Below are positions 1 to 12,162 of a stretch of 64,000 nt of DNA, piece by piece; within the stretch, counting starts at the first letter, position 1; every line of letters begins with the position of its first letter. The DNA comes from Octopus sinensis. Taxonomy: Eukaryota. Under the pieces are notes generated by a model. It was not told the origin of the DNA and ran no database searches. It saw only the letters and a list, made by a program, of their open reading frames with translations. The stretch lies in the NCBI RefSeq assembly GCF_006345805.1, contig NC_042998.1, forward strand, positions 61,504,001-61,568,000. Direction: 5' to 3'. Made by a program: the position numbers and the translations under genes.

Positions 1-414
1 TCAGAGATGCACATATCATCAGCAACTTAGGGACATATTCAAATGGTTAAGGTCAAACAACTGACAAGCAAATCTGTGGTATTGAGCAGAATATTATTAT
101 TATTATTTAAAACAGTTTGATTCGGTCCCACGCAACTAAATGTTTTGTAAGTGTCTTACACAAACGTAACTCATTAGACTCTGTTAATTGCATGGGGGAG
201 TACAAGAATTCCGAGATGGGTACTGGAAAATAGGCTGCCATTGATCAAGACGGGTCACATGAGATCAACATTTTGGTAACATCAGATGCCAGTGACATGT
301 AAAAGACACCCACTACACTCTTGGATTGTTTGACATAAAGGAGAAACCAAGTCAAAATCAGGCTGGAGCCTGGTGCAACGCTCCGGCTTACCAGTTCCAA
401 TTAAACTGTCTAAC

Positions 415-750
415 CCAGAGTTTCTCAACCATTTTTAATCTATGGACCCCTTTTAAATACTATTTTAGTCTGGTGGACCCCATAATCATTCAATGTTTTA
501 AAACTAGTTTTATAGAAACTTTATTCAAAATTCCTATTTTGTTTTTCACACATTCCCATCTGTAGGTTGAACTATGTAAAATGTTAGAGAAAGAATCCTG
601 GCTGTTTCTTGAAATACCTACCAGTACATATAACTAGAGCAAAATTTTTTCAGGGGCCCTTAAAATACTATTGTGGATCCTCAATTTACTATTTTGTTGC
701 GTCATGCTCCATAAAATTCTTACATATGGACCCCTTGGAGAACCACTGGT
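415..750. mobile_element. hAT-like MITE
   Basis: Ends CAGAGTTTCTC / GAGAACCACTG resemble hAT-type TIRs (CAGTGGTTCTC); largely deleted in the right-arm mirror near 57870-57965. Confidence 0.5.
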
Positions 751-1329
751 CTAACCTATGCCAGCATGGAAAACGGACGCTAAATGATGATGATGATGTC
801 TGCAACATGTAGACCTCAGTATTATTGAAATCAGAGGATTATATCAATTTTTTTTATAATTTTCATATATTTTATGTATATATTTAAAAAAATATTTTAA
901 AATCTTATTTAGAATTTCAATGTTAATATTCCAATGTTTGTAATGTTTGATTTTTAATCTTTCAATATTTAAAAATATTTAATTTTTTGAATTATAAATT
1001 TTTCGTGTATGATTTTTAACTTTGCCATTAGATTCTTTTGTTCGAAATTTTTTATTTTTAATCTAAGGCTTTACTTTTCGATTTTATAATTCTTAAATTT
1101 TTATCTTAACTTGACAACCTTTACGCATTCATAACAATTTTTAACAATAATCTCATAATTAAGTCTAGCCGAGTTGTTCCCCCTGAATAGATAATCGCTT
1201 TGGTTACATATTTGGATAATATTAGCAGCTTTCTTCTCTCACTATCGTTGATGAACGGTGACACATCCGTTGATTACCCATTGGAAATCGGTCCATATCT
1301 GTGGCTGCTGAGTTCTCTATGTTTGTATT

Positions 1330-1900
1330 TAATATTGGTTTCAGCAGAGTAAGTAAATCGATTACATCAACTTTAGTACTCGACCGCTACTTATTTTATC
1401 GATACCGAAACGATTAAAGGCAAAATCGACCTCGACAGAATTTGAACTCAGAACATAAAGACCGATGAAATATCGCTAAATATTTTGTCCGGCGTGCTAA
1501 TGATTGTGCCAGCTCGTTGCTTTATGTATTTTTGAGTTCAAATTCCGCCGAGGTTGACTTCACCTGTCATCTTTTCGGGGTCGATAAAATAAGTACCAGT
1601 TGAGCACTGGGATCGATGTCATCGGACTATTCTCTCCCCCGATATTGCTAGCCTACTGCCAAAATTTGAAATCAATATTACATATGTATGGAGGTGGCGA
1701 GCTAGCAGATTCGTTAGCATGCCGGGCGAAATGCTTAGCGGCATTTCGTCCGTCATTGCGTTCAGAGATTTGGTTCTGCCGGCATCGACTTTGCCTTTCA
1801 TCCTTTTGAGGTCGATGAAACAAGTATCAGTTAAACATGGGTCGATGTAATCGACTTTCTCCCTCCCCCGAAATTGCTGGCCTTGTGCCAAAATTTGAAA
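1330..1900. mobile_element. Cluster of tRNA-derived SINE pieces (Meta-domain-like core)
   Basis: tRNA-like head GGCGAGCTAGCAGA...GTTCAGAG and core GTCGACTTTGCCTTTCATCCTTT(C)GGGGTCGATAAA...GTACCAG; same family at 4350-4965, 6025-6520, 14310-14516, 52650-52998, 54080-54485, 56705-57250. Confidence 0.8.
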
Positions 1901-1949
1901 TCAATACTCCGTGTGTGTGTGTGTGTTAACATTATTGTAATAAAGTGTT

Positions 1950-2655
1950 TCCCTGAAGAACCGTTGTATATTTTCATCCAAATCCATTGAGATCAAGGTT
2001 GACCCGCTTAGACCTGCCCTGTTTGCTCTAATTATTAATGATATTACCTTGATGGACGTTGACCTAAACTTGAATATATAGTATCTTCATGATGCTTGCT
2101 TGTGGGTGGTGGTGTGTTTCTGACAAGGTCTTTGCAACTGCCAAGACGATGATTGAGTAACTTGATCGTAGAGGCCTTAGCGCTAACAGTCCTAAATGCG
2201 AGCTGGCTCCTCGTCCATCCAGCTCCACATCAGCAGACTGTAAACCTGTTTACAGACTCCTCCTCCTCTATCACGGTTCCTCCTTCATCGGCGTGGTGCC
2301 CTCTTGGAGCCCCAATTACTGACAGAGCTTTCGATCCAAGATGGTTAACCATCTTGAGCAACTTTTTAAAAACCTTGAAATAACTGAGCTCCACCGAAGT
2401 TTTCTGGTACTTAGGAATTACTTGTCAATTCCTAAGTTATTGCAGGCAACGCTGTTTGAAACAGGTTCGTAGCAGGCAAAATATTCGTTGGGAATCAACT
2501 ACAGTTATCTCCCCTGTCGAATGTTCCAAGCATTCCAAGCAAGCAGTGGTTAGCTCCTCCTTTGCTAGCATGCAAGGCGTAACTGTTAGAGTACTCACAG
2601 GAGGGCGTTCGAAGTTATATCGCCTGCTTGAAAGCGATTTCCAATCGAAGTTAAC

Positions 2656-2694
<39 letters not shown>

Positions 2695-4150
2695 CCAGGC
2701 ATACGGATTCGTTATTCTTTCCTTTGCTAACTCGGTTTGGTATTCTACGCCTAGTGGTTGTCTGAAAGTAATTTTTGTAGTTTGAATTCCTCCTGTTTTT
2801 TCACTGTCATCGTGGAACATGACAAGATGTTCAGAACCTTTTACTGCAATCCCAGATTACTTGATTGAACATTTTATACTCAGAGTGTCAATTCGTTTGT
2901 TACGCATCTGCATGAAACATTGGATACGAAGTTGTTCGCGCACTGACACAAGTGTTTGTTTTTACTTACTGCAATAGAGGTATAATTACAGCCATTGGAT
3001 TAATGACTCTGTCTTGTCTTTAAGGTGTTAATATCTTCATTAGCTACTTCCCTCGTTAAAGTATTTTTCCAGAGTGATCCCTCTTATGGATTCTCATTGT
3101 TTCTCCAGTGCTTGGACGACCGAATCTTCAGGAAACTCGAATGCTTGGTCAATGTCAAACTCTTTTCAGAGTCCCGCGACCAAACTGCTTTGCCCAAATG
3201 GTTTGGAGGTCTAAGTCTGCACAAGTGCTCGTCTCTGTCTTTTTCCTATTTTCTTTCCTCCATCCACACTTGCTCCGCTTGGGTAGGCAACATCTTCTCC
3301 CCTCTAACAGTGTTCCAACAGAGAAATGATGAAGCTCTGTTACAGTGGAGAGAGCTGGGTTTGTCAGTTCCTGTTACAGTGGAGGATAGATAGAAGCAGA
3401 GAATATGGGACAATCAGGTACTACTTTCAACTCTCTCTTCAATCAATCTCACCAATTTTCAAGGTGTTGCCTACTTTCTGCTAGTGCAAAATTCTCAGGG
3501 GACTGGACTGATGCTCTGCCTGTGGCCAACATTGGTGGTCTACTCAGTCAAGATGAGCTCTGCATCTCCATCGCACTCAGAGTTGGAACCAGCATCTGTG
3601 GGAAATTGAAATGTCACTTTGGTAGGCCCCTCAACTCCAAAGGTCATCATGGTCTGTCTTGCCACCTAAATGCTGGTTGTTTCACTCATCACACCGAGCT
3701 AAACTTAATCGTTAAGCGGGCTCAGGCTTGGGTTAGTAGCCCCTCAGTTCTGGAACCGGCGGAATTATGCAGAAGTGATAGAAAGAGTTGGTTTCACTCT
3801 CTGTCCCTGGATAAGAGCTCGGTGCCTCATCTGGGATGCCACAGTCTGTGAATCCTTTGTTCCCTCCCACATCCTGGATGTAGCCGAACAGAACAAAATC
3901 CTTAAGTATGGGGACCTTTCAGTGAACTATCTCTTCCAGCCTGTGGTGTTTGAGATATTTGGAGGGACTAGGCCGCTAATGGTGAAATTCTTGTCATCAT
4001 TAGCAACTCACCTTACCTAGGTGCTAGGTGATGTTCGGGAGGGTACTTGGCTGTTCCAATGTTTTAGCCTCGCCATTGCCCATGGTAATGCTGTGAGCAT
4101 GTTTGCTTGCTCCTGTAAGTTCCATCCAATCTTGTGATGTGCAACCAAGT
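1950..4150 (+). mobile_element. Decayed CRE-clade non-LTR retrotransposon (RT C-terminal part + restriction-like endonuclease)
   Basis: Frameshifted remnants QG.DPLRPALFAL, *YLHDA (WYLDD-like), LGAPIT, ISIALRVG...HHGLSC, PW...LIWDATV, AEQNKILKY, FQPVVFEIFG, SLAIAHGNA. Confidence 0.75.
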
Positions 4151-5382
4151 GAGGCACTTGATGTTGCATTGATGGTTTTTTTACCCATTTTTTCTCTTTG
4201 TCATCTTTTTTCTCTTTCTTTTTCTTTCCTTATTCCGCTTTTTCCATTTTTATTTTTGGATATTGGATAAACAGATCTGTATACACCAACATTATATATA
4301 TGTTACACATAACTGATTTTAATATTTTATATTTATTAATAAATACTCTTTTCTACTCTAGGCACAAGACCCGAAATTTTGTGGGAGGGCGCCAGTCGAT
4401 TAGATCAACCCCAGTACACAAATAGTACTTAATTTATCGACCCCGAAAGGATGAAAGGCAAAGTCGACCTCGGCGGAATTTGAACTCAGAACGTAAATAT
4501 AGACAAAATACCGCTGAGCTTTTTGCCCACGTGCTAACATTTCTACCAACTACCTGCCTTATTTATTCTTTTCTACTCTAGGCACAAGGCCCGACATTTT
4601 TTGTTGGGGGAGAGAGTCGATCATATCGACTTCAGTACGCAAGTGGTACCTAATTTATCGACCTCGAAAGGATGAAAGGCAGAGTCGACCTCGGCAGAAT
4701 TTGCACTCAGAACGTAATGGCAGACGAAATACCTATTTCTTTACTATCCACAAGGGGCTAAGCACAGAGGGGACAAACAAGAACAGACAAACAGATTAAG
4801 TCGATTACATCGACCCCAGTGCATAACTGGTACTTAATTTATCGACCCCGAAAGGATGAAAGGCAAAGTCGACTCGGCAGAATTTGAACTCAGAACGCAG
4901 CAGCAGACGAAATGCCCCTAAGGAGTTCGCCTGGCATGCTAACATTTCTGCCAGCTCGCCGCCTTTATTAATAAATATTGAGATGCAAATAGGTATAATG
5001 GGGAACTATTGGTATAAACTATGCGTTGTGTTTATCTTGTCTTCACACACACACACACACATCTGCAGCAATTGCAACGAAGTGGTCTCATTGTCGCCAT
5101 TGAGAACAATGATTTTCGTTGATAGTAATCTGTCATACAATATTTATTGCTACTACGTAAACAGGTATTATTGTTCACCTAGTTGACTTTCCATGCGTTT
5201 ATATATCTCGTGTTGTATTTTGCTTGGTATGTCAGAAATGTATTTATACCTCAGCCTGTGAGAAATAATTTTTCAAGTTTAAAGAAAATTTTAATGTCCT
5301 TTGTGCAACACCCAGGCGGGATTTATGTATTTCATAGTGTACGATTATACTGTAGCAACTGCTGCTTATTTCCCTTGATAAT

Positions 5383-5784
5383 CACGAGGGTGAGTCTAAA
5401 AGTAATGCCATTTTGTTTAGGACAGGTATAATTACCAACACTGGAATGTGTATCATACATCAAAACGGAACTGGTCCTCTGGAATAATGTTTGCCTCTCA
5501 AACCCTCTTTCATGGGGCCAAAGAGATGATAGTCCAGTGACGAGGAAGTGAAAACTGTAGTGAAGAAGTGGCTCAAAGAACAGTCAACAGAATTTTATGT
5601 GGCAGGGATACATGCTCTCATTTGAAGGTGGAACATTGCTATTGTGAGAAACGCTGACTATGTTCAGAAGTAGAGATGTGATCCACAGAGGACCAAATTC
5701 ATTTTGATATATGATACATATTCCAGTGTTGGTAATTATACCTGTCCTAAACAAAATGGCATTACTTTTTGACTCACCCTTGTA
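5383..5784 (+). mobile_element. Mariner-derived non-autonomous element (~400 bp, ~80-bp TIRs)
   Basis: TIRs CGAGGGTGAGTCTAAAAGTAATGCC / GGCATTACTTTTTGACTCACCCTTG; internal DEEVKTVVKKWLKEQSTEFY..GIHALI transposase C-terminal remnant; mirror at ~53240-53645. Confidence 0.75.
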
Positions 5785-7837
5785 TGTGACTAGCTTGTCT
5801 TTAGTCAGTTTATTTTGCCGTGGTGCTTTCTTGAGTCATAGCAAGGCAGTGCCAATATCTTTTCCCAGTCGAATACATTGTAGCATGCAGTTAAAAATAT
5901 ATCAGTTGCTGACAGGAGTCTGACAAGAAATAACATTGAGAACGAACTTTCTTCATCACTGATTGGAACAACTCACTTTTTATTCAGACATACAAGTCAA
6001 TTTTCTTATTATTTTCATTCTCTAGGCAGTGAGCTGGCAGAAACGTTAGCACGCTGGGCAAAATGCTTAGTGGTATTTCGTCTGCCATTACTTTGTGAGT
6101 TCAAATTCTGCCAAGGTCGACTTTACCTTTCATCCTTTCGGGTTCGATAAATTAAGTACCACTGGGGTCGATGTAATCGACTCAATACCTACGTCTGTCC
6201 TTGTTTGTCCTCTCTGTGTTTAGCCCCTTGTGGGTAGTAAAGAAATAGGTATTTTATCTGCCACAACGTTCTGAGTTCAAATTCCGCCGAGGTCAACTTT
6301 GCCTTACGGGATCGATTAAATAAGTACCAGTTACGCACTGGTGTCGATATAATCGACTTAATCCATTTGTCTGTCCTTGTTTGTCCACTCTGTGTTTAGC
6401 CCCTTGTGGGTAGTAAGGAAATAAGAAATAGGTATTTTGTCTGTCTTTATGTTCTGAGTTCAAATCCCGCCAAGGTCGATTTTGCCTTTTATCCTTTTAT
6501 CTAATCGACTAGCCCCTTGCATATAATTATATATAGAGGACCTCCAAGTCTAGTGGAAAAAATAGAGAAAGGGATTCTTAAACTGGAGGTTTGACTCAAA
6601 TGCTTACAACAGAGTGGATTCTACTAAAGAGGCCCAAATTGTCATAAGGTGATGATATACCAAGGGGCATTTAGGTTTGACACTTAAGTAGGTTAAGGTG
6701 GGATTTGAACTCAGAAGGCAGAGAGTTTTAACAAATATTGAAAGCACATGGAATCCAACATTGTTACATATCTACAAATCCACTGCTCTAGATGGATATT
6801 TTATTTACTGAACCCTAAAGACTGAAAAGTAAAGTTAAATTCTGTGGTATTTGTAGTCAGAGAGCCAAGCATCAGAACAGATATTGCGAGCTATCATGCT
6901 ACATTAACTGTCTGAAGATTCTGCTAATTTTTGCCTAAATTATTAACTAAACTCTGAAAATACCAGACCTCTTAAATAAAGTATTGACTTAGGTTTACGA
7001 GATTTAGTTAACGTCATGATTCAAACCTGGTCTTGTATTATATATGGATTTCTCATTTCAACAGAAATGTCCCAAATTTGTCGAGAAGTGGGTTTGGTCA
7101 ATTGAGTTATTTCATTGTATTATTCAAATATTTGCTTTAAACCAAAAGCTTAAAGTCATTAATACGATAATGTTTGCCATTTAATACAAAATTATCCCTG
7201 GGAATAGATTAGATATTATGATTGGCTGAAGATATATTAGATAATTAATATATTTTATTTTATCATATATTTCAAAAAACTTATCCCACCAAGACTGCCA
7301 TCCTTCCTTTATAAATTTATGAATCTGGCAATTCAAGAGGATCTTGTTATTATCTGAAGTTTAACCAGTCTGACAGTATCATTTTTAATGTAAAATAATA
7401 CAAACACTCAATAAAAAAATACCATTTTGTGACTAGATCAAATGGAATTATATCACTAGCTGTAAACATCTTCAACTAATTGAGGAAATCATATAATCCT
7501 ATGATACATGCAACATATTTTGTGATACCAGAATTTCCATATATTTGCTTCCCTGAATATGCCATAAAGAGTTTTCATGTGATCAGACTAATATCATCAA
7601 AGTTTAGATATTAGTCTGATTCCACATTTGTTGGCAATACTGTAAAGGTATAGATTCAATAGAAGTTGAAAGGAATTGAGAAACAGTCTACTTCACGGTA
7701 TGTTACATATCGATCCAATTTACTCCAATCATAACATTGTAGCTGTTAGATCAAGGCCATAAGAAATCAGCTGAGAACATAATCAATGAGGATTTAAAAT
7801 ACTAGATGTGGAAAATATGTAAAAATTGGCTACTTAC

Positions 7838-8028
7838 AAAGATATGACATTTAGGGGAATCGTTTGGGGGACTGAAATCAGTCCTCGATTTTGACAATTT
7901 ACTCTCATTGGAAATCCATCGCAAGTGCATGATTGGCAGATGGTTGAAACAGCATGACTCTCTAATAGAAACCTCGTATACAGTATCAACACAAAAGTCA
8001 GCCTAAATGGTATGATTTGACTGAGCAT
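7838..8028 (-). CDS. First coding exon of secreted LRR protein, paralog L (signal peptide + LRRNT)
   Basis: MLSQIIPFRLTFVLILYTRFLLESHA-VSTICQSCTCDG...VNCQNRGLISVPQTIP; acceptor AG at 8050-8049, 20-nt UTR, phase-2 GTAAGT donor after 7838. Confidence 0.8.
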
Positions 8029-8204
8029 ATTTCCAGATGGAAATTAATCTGTAAAAGAAGAGATGCAAAATATCAGCAACTTCAGCCCCATACACGTACA
8101 CATAAACATGTACACACACACACACACACACAAAACATTAGGACTTTAAACATACATACATGCAGAGAAACACAAACACACATATACATGTATTCATTTA
8201 CATT

Positions 8205-9352
8205 TCCGGCTCTACATAGACAATGGAGGACAGGTGTGATCACCATTTGTGTGAAGCACTTTCCCGCAGTCATCTCCATGACCGAATTGCAGTTGTGGAT
8301 AAAAAAGAGGCCGAGGAAGGGCGAATGACACTGCAAGTGTCGCATTGCTCTGGAGCAATTATGCCATCCCAGGTCGACCTTGAGTGACTTCAACACAACC
8401 AAAGCATTCTATAGGAGATTAGTGAATGGGAGGTACAACGACGATCTCAGGACGAACCTGGACGTCAACAAGGAATACCTGACCCGCCTGTTCAAGACGA
8501 CTTTTGGGCTGGGAGCTATGGACAACTTCCAGAGATCACTGGCCTGGCATTGCTATTGAAAAGCACTACCCTTTCGGGATAAGCTCTACAGGCACGGCTT
8601 GAGAAATATGGAAGATGCTATCAGAGTGACGAAACCGTTCTGCATGCACTCGTGCAGTGTCCAACCATTTCTGACCTGTGGACTTATGTTGAATGACTGC
8701 TGTCATGTGGGGACAGTTCGGATTATCAGCCGAACCTATTGTCAATATTTTCATGCCTCCTTCCTTCAAATGGGAAAGAAGAGCTGTTTTCATCGTACTT
8801 GTGGCTATGGTGAAAGAATGTATCTGGTAGACATGTCTGAAAGGATTAGAGACAAACACTTTCTCTCTGGTCAATCTCTCATCAACTTTTTCAAGTAGCA
8901 TTTGAAAAGGAAGATGAGTGCTGAGAGGCAAGTTTTGTTTAGCGAATGTTTAAAAAAAAAGATGGGTGAAAGTAGCAAGGATGGCACATGTAAATGATGA
9001 AGCCACCTTGAACATGATCCTATGAACTGGAAAAAAACAAAAAAATTTAAATAGAGTTACTTACTTGTAAATAAATGTGTTAATATGTGACATTATTTCC
9101 TGAGGTTACCGTGGTCTTTTTGTAGGTTTTTGTTTCCACAGATAAACCTCCCCATTTTTTGGAAACTTTTTGTATTACTTTATATATCCCAAAACGATTT
9201 CAATCCCTATTGATCACTGTCCCTAATTTTGTTTTTCACCTTCTTTTGTTTTCGCCCCCCCCTCCCCCCAAAAGAAAATCTCTACATTATATCTGTCCCC
9301 TCTATGTTCAGCCATGTGTGGCCTATAAAGAAAGTTATCTATCTATCTATCT
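8205..9352 (+). mobile_element. 3' fragment of Tx1/L1-like LINE (zf-RVT region, 3' UTR, (TATC)n tail)
   Basis: Homologous to the 16965-18090 part of the longer copy; ends AATAAA-like GGCCTATAAAGAAAG + (TATC)n; mirror at 47690-48890. Confidence 0.85.
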
Positions 9353-9412
9353 ACTGAAAGCTTGAAGTTAGTAATACAATAATGTTTACCATTTAATACA
9401 AAATTATCCCTG

Positions 9413-9955
9413 GTGAAAGAATGTGTATGGTGGACACGTCTGAAAGGTCTGGAGACAAACACATTCCTCTCTGGTGAAACTCTCAACTTCTTCAAGTATC
9501 ACTTGAAGAGGAAAGTGAGAGTAGAGAGGGAAGTTTTGTCTAGTGAATGTTTCAAAAAGCTATGGGTGTATATAGCAAGGATGGCACGTGTGAATGACGG
9601 ATCCACCTTGTGCATAGTCCTATGAACCAGATAAAGAAAGGAAAAAGAGAGTCACTTACTGTAATGTGTTTTTTGATTGACATTATTGCCCGAGGTTACC
9701 GTGAACTTTTCCATAGGCTTTTCTTTCCATGGATAAACCTAATCTGTTCCCCATTTTACACTATGACACTTCTGTGATACACGATCCCTATTGATCGTTT
9801 CTTTTTTTTACCACGATCCCTTTTAATCAACATTCTACTACACCCTTTTTTTCTTTCCTTCCCAAAAAGAAAAGCTCCACTTTGTATTTTATCCCATCTG
9901 TGTTCAGCTCTGTGTTCAGCTCTGTGTTCAGCCCTGTGTGGCCAATAAAGAAACA

Positions 9956-9996
<41 letters not shown>

Positions 9997-10030
9997 GTCT
10001 ACCTATCTACCTATCTATCTATCTATCTAT
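9413..10030 (+). mobile_element. Second, shorter 3' fragment of the same Tx1-like LINE
   Basis: KECVWWTRLKGLETNTFLSGETL; ends GGCCAATAAAGAAAC + (TATC)n. Confidence 0.85.
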
Positions 10031-10144
10031 ATATATATATATATTATATATATATATATATATATAATATATATATAAATATATAACTATCTATCATCTA
10101 TCTCCCCCCCTCTCTTTCTCTTTCTCTCTATATATAAATATATA

Positions 10145-11416
10145 CTAGGTTGACAACTAAGTTCCTGCCATTTTTTTAAATTTTGGAATTTATTGCGTTT
10201 CAAATTTTGGAATCTTTTTTTCTTTTTGAGAATTCTAATTTTGAATCATTTTGGAATCTTTTTTTTTTCTAGTTGATTTTATTTAATTTTTGTTTATTTT
10301 CAAATCATTAAAAGGGAATGTCAAGTTAAGAAGAACATGCATTTTTGACACCTCCTTATTTTTGCTTTTAATCAAGGTTCTAAGGCCACAAAAGCTGCTC
10401 GCGACATGTGTGCTGTGTATGGAGAGGGTGCCATAGCTCATGATTGGTATGCCAGATTCAAAAATGGAAATTTTAACCTCAAAAAAGCACCTCATTCTGG
10501 CCATCCAATTGAGTTCAATGAAATGCGATTAAACTAACTTTTGCATGAAAATTTTCATCAAATGACAATGGAACTGGCAGAGAAAACGCTCCCTCACTGC
10601 TATAGAGAAGCATCTTCACTCGATGGGGAAAGTTCAGAAGTATGGAGCATGGGTTCTGCATGCTTTAAGTGACAACAACAAAAATCAATGGGCCACAATC
10701 TTCGCTCATTTGCTTGCTCGTCACCGCTCAACTCATGGCCACAAGCAAAGATTTCTTTACCGAATCGTTACTGGCAATGAAAAATGGTGCCTGTACATTA
10801 ATATGAAGCAGCGTAAGGAATGGCTTAGCCCTGGTAAACGAGCGACACTGCGTGTGAAACAAGATCTTCATCCGCGTAAAACGATATTGTGCGTATGGTG
10901 GGACTGGGAAGGGATTATCCATTACGAATTGTTGGAACGGAACCAAACAGTCAACGCGGAACTCTATGTTCAACAGATTGAACAACGCAAGACAGCTATT
11001 CAAGAAAAAAGACCTAATCATCAGCATGGAGTTCTTCTGCTGCACGACAACGCCCGCCCTCATATTGCCATTATGACGAAGGAAGGTATTCAAACACATG
11101 GCTTGGAAGTGCTGTCACACCCACCGTACTCTCCTGAGTTGGCACCAATGGATTTCCACCTCTTTCGAACTCTTTCAAATGTTATGCGCGGAGTTTCGTT
11201 CAATACTGATGCAGAATTGAGAGCTCAATTGGATCAATTTTTCGAGTCGAAATCGGGTGGTTTCTACCAATGAGGTATTGAAAATCTTCCTGAATGTTAG
11301 GAGGAAGTTGTAAACAACAAGGGTGAATACATTATTGATTAATTAGTTTTTTTTTTATTAAACCTGTTAAAAAATTTTAATTTAAAAAGGCACTGGGAAC
11401 TTAGTTGCCAACCTAA
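10145..11416 (+). mobile_element. Full-length but dead mariner transposon
   Basis: TIRs (T)TAGGTTGGCAACTAAGTTCC with TA flanks; WVLH (WVPH-like), TGNEKW, HDNARPH, PPYSPELAPMD; start lost, TAA at 10535-10537, frameshifts. Confidence 0.93.
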
Positions 11417-11429
11417 TATATATATATAT

Positions 11430-11990
11430 CATCATCATCATCATCATCATTTAGCGTCCGTTTTCCATGCTAGCATGGGTTGAACGGTTCAACTGGGGTC
11501 TGTGAAGCTGCAAGGCTTCATCAGGCCCAGTCAGATCTGGCAGTGTTTCTACGGCTGGATGCCCTTCCTAACGCCAACCACTCCGTGAGTGTAGTGGGTG
11601 CTTTTTATGTGCCACCCGCACAGGTGCCAGACAGAGCTGGCAAACGGCCACGAACGGATGGCGCTTTTACGTGTCACCGGCACGGGGGCCAGGCGAGGCT
11701 GGCAACGGACACGAATGGATGGTGTTTTTATGTGCCACCAACACGGAGGCCAGACAGAGCTGGCAAACGGCCACGAAACGGATGGTGCTTTTATGTGTCA
11801 CCAGCATGGGGGCCAGGCGAGGCTGGCAACGGACACAAACGGATGGTGCTTTTACGTGCCACCGACACGGGGGCCAGACAGAGCTGGCAAACGGACATGA
11901 ACGGATGGTGCTTTTATGTGTCACCTGCACGGGGGCCAGGCGAGGCTGGCAACGGACATGAACGGATGGTGCTTTTACGTGCCACCGATA
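11430..11990 (-). mobile_element. RTE LINE 3' UTR/tail with ~60-bp internal tandem repeats
   Basis: (CAT)n-TTTAGCGTCCGTTTTCCATGCTAGCATGGG is the reverse complement of the tail of the RTE at 34438-36067; similar pieces at 21050-21330, 39910-40290, 43015-43150, 47455-47605, 59750-60270, 61915-62275, 63860-64000. Confidence 0.75.
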
Positions 11991-12022
11991 CATATGAATA
12001 TATTATATATATATATACATAC

Positions 12023-12071
<49 letters not shown>

Positions 12072-12086
12072 CATATATATATTTAC

Positions 12087-12159
<73 letters not shown>

Positions 12160-12162
<3 letters not shown>

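Larger units (their letters stand above)
1..11416. repeat. Left arm of large inverted segmental duplication (continues off the window start)
   Basis: Colinear reverse-complement match to ~44767-58357 through unique sequence, SINEs, CRE remnant, mariner MITE, LRR exon, Tx1 fragment and mariner; roughly 88-97% identical by eye with arm-specific indels. Confidence 0.93.
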
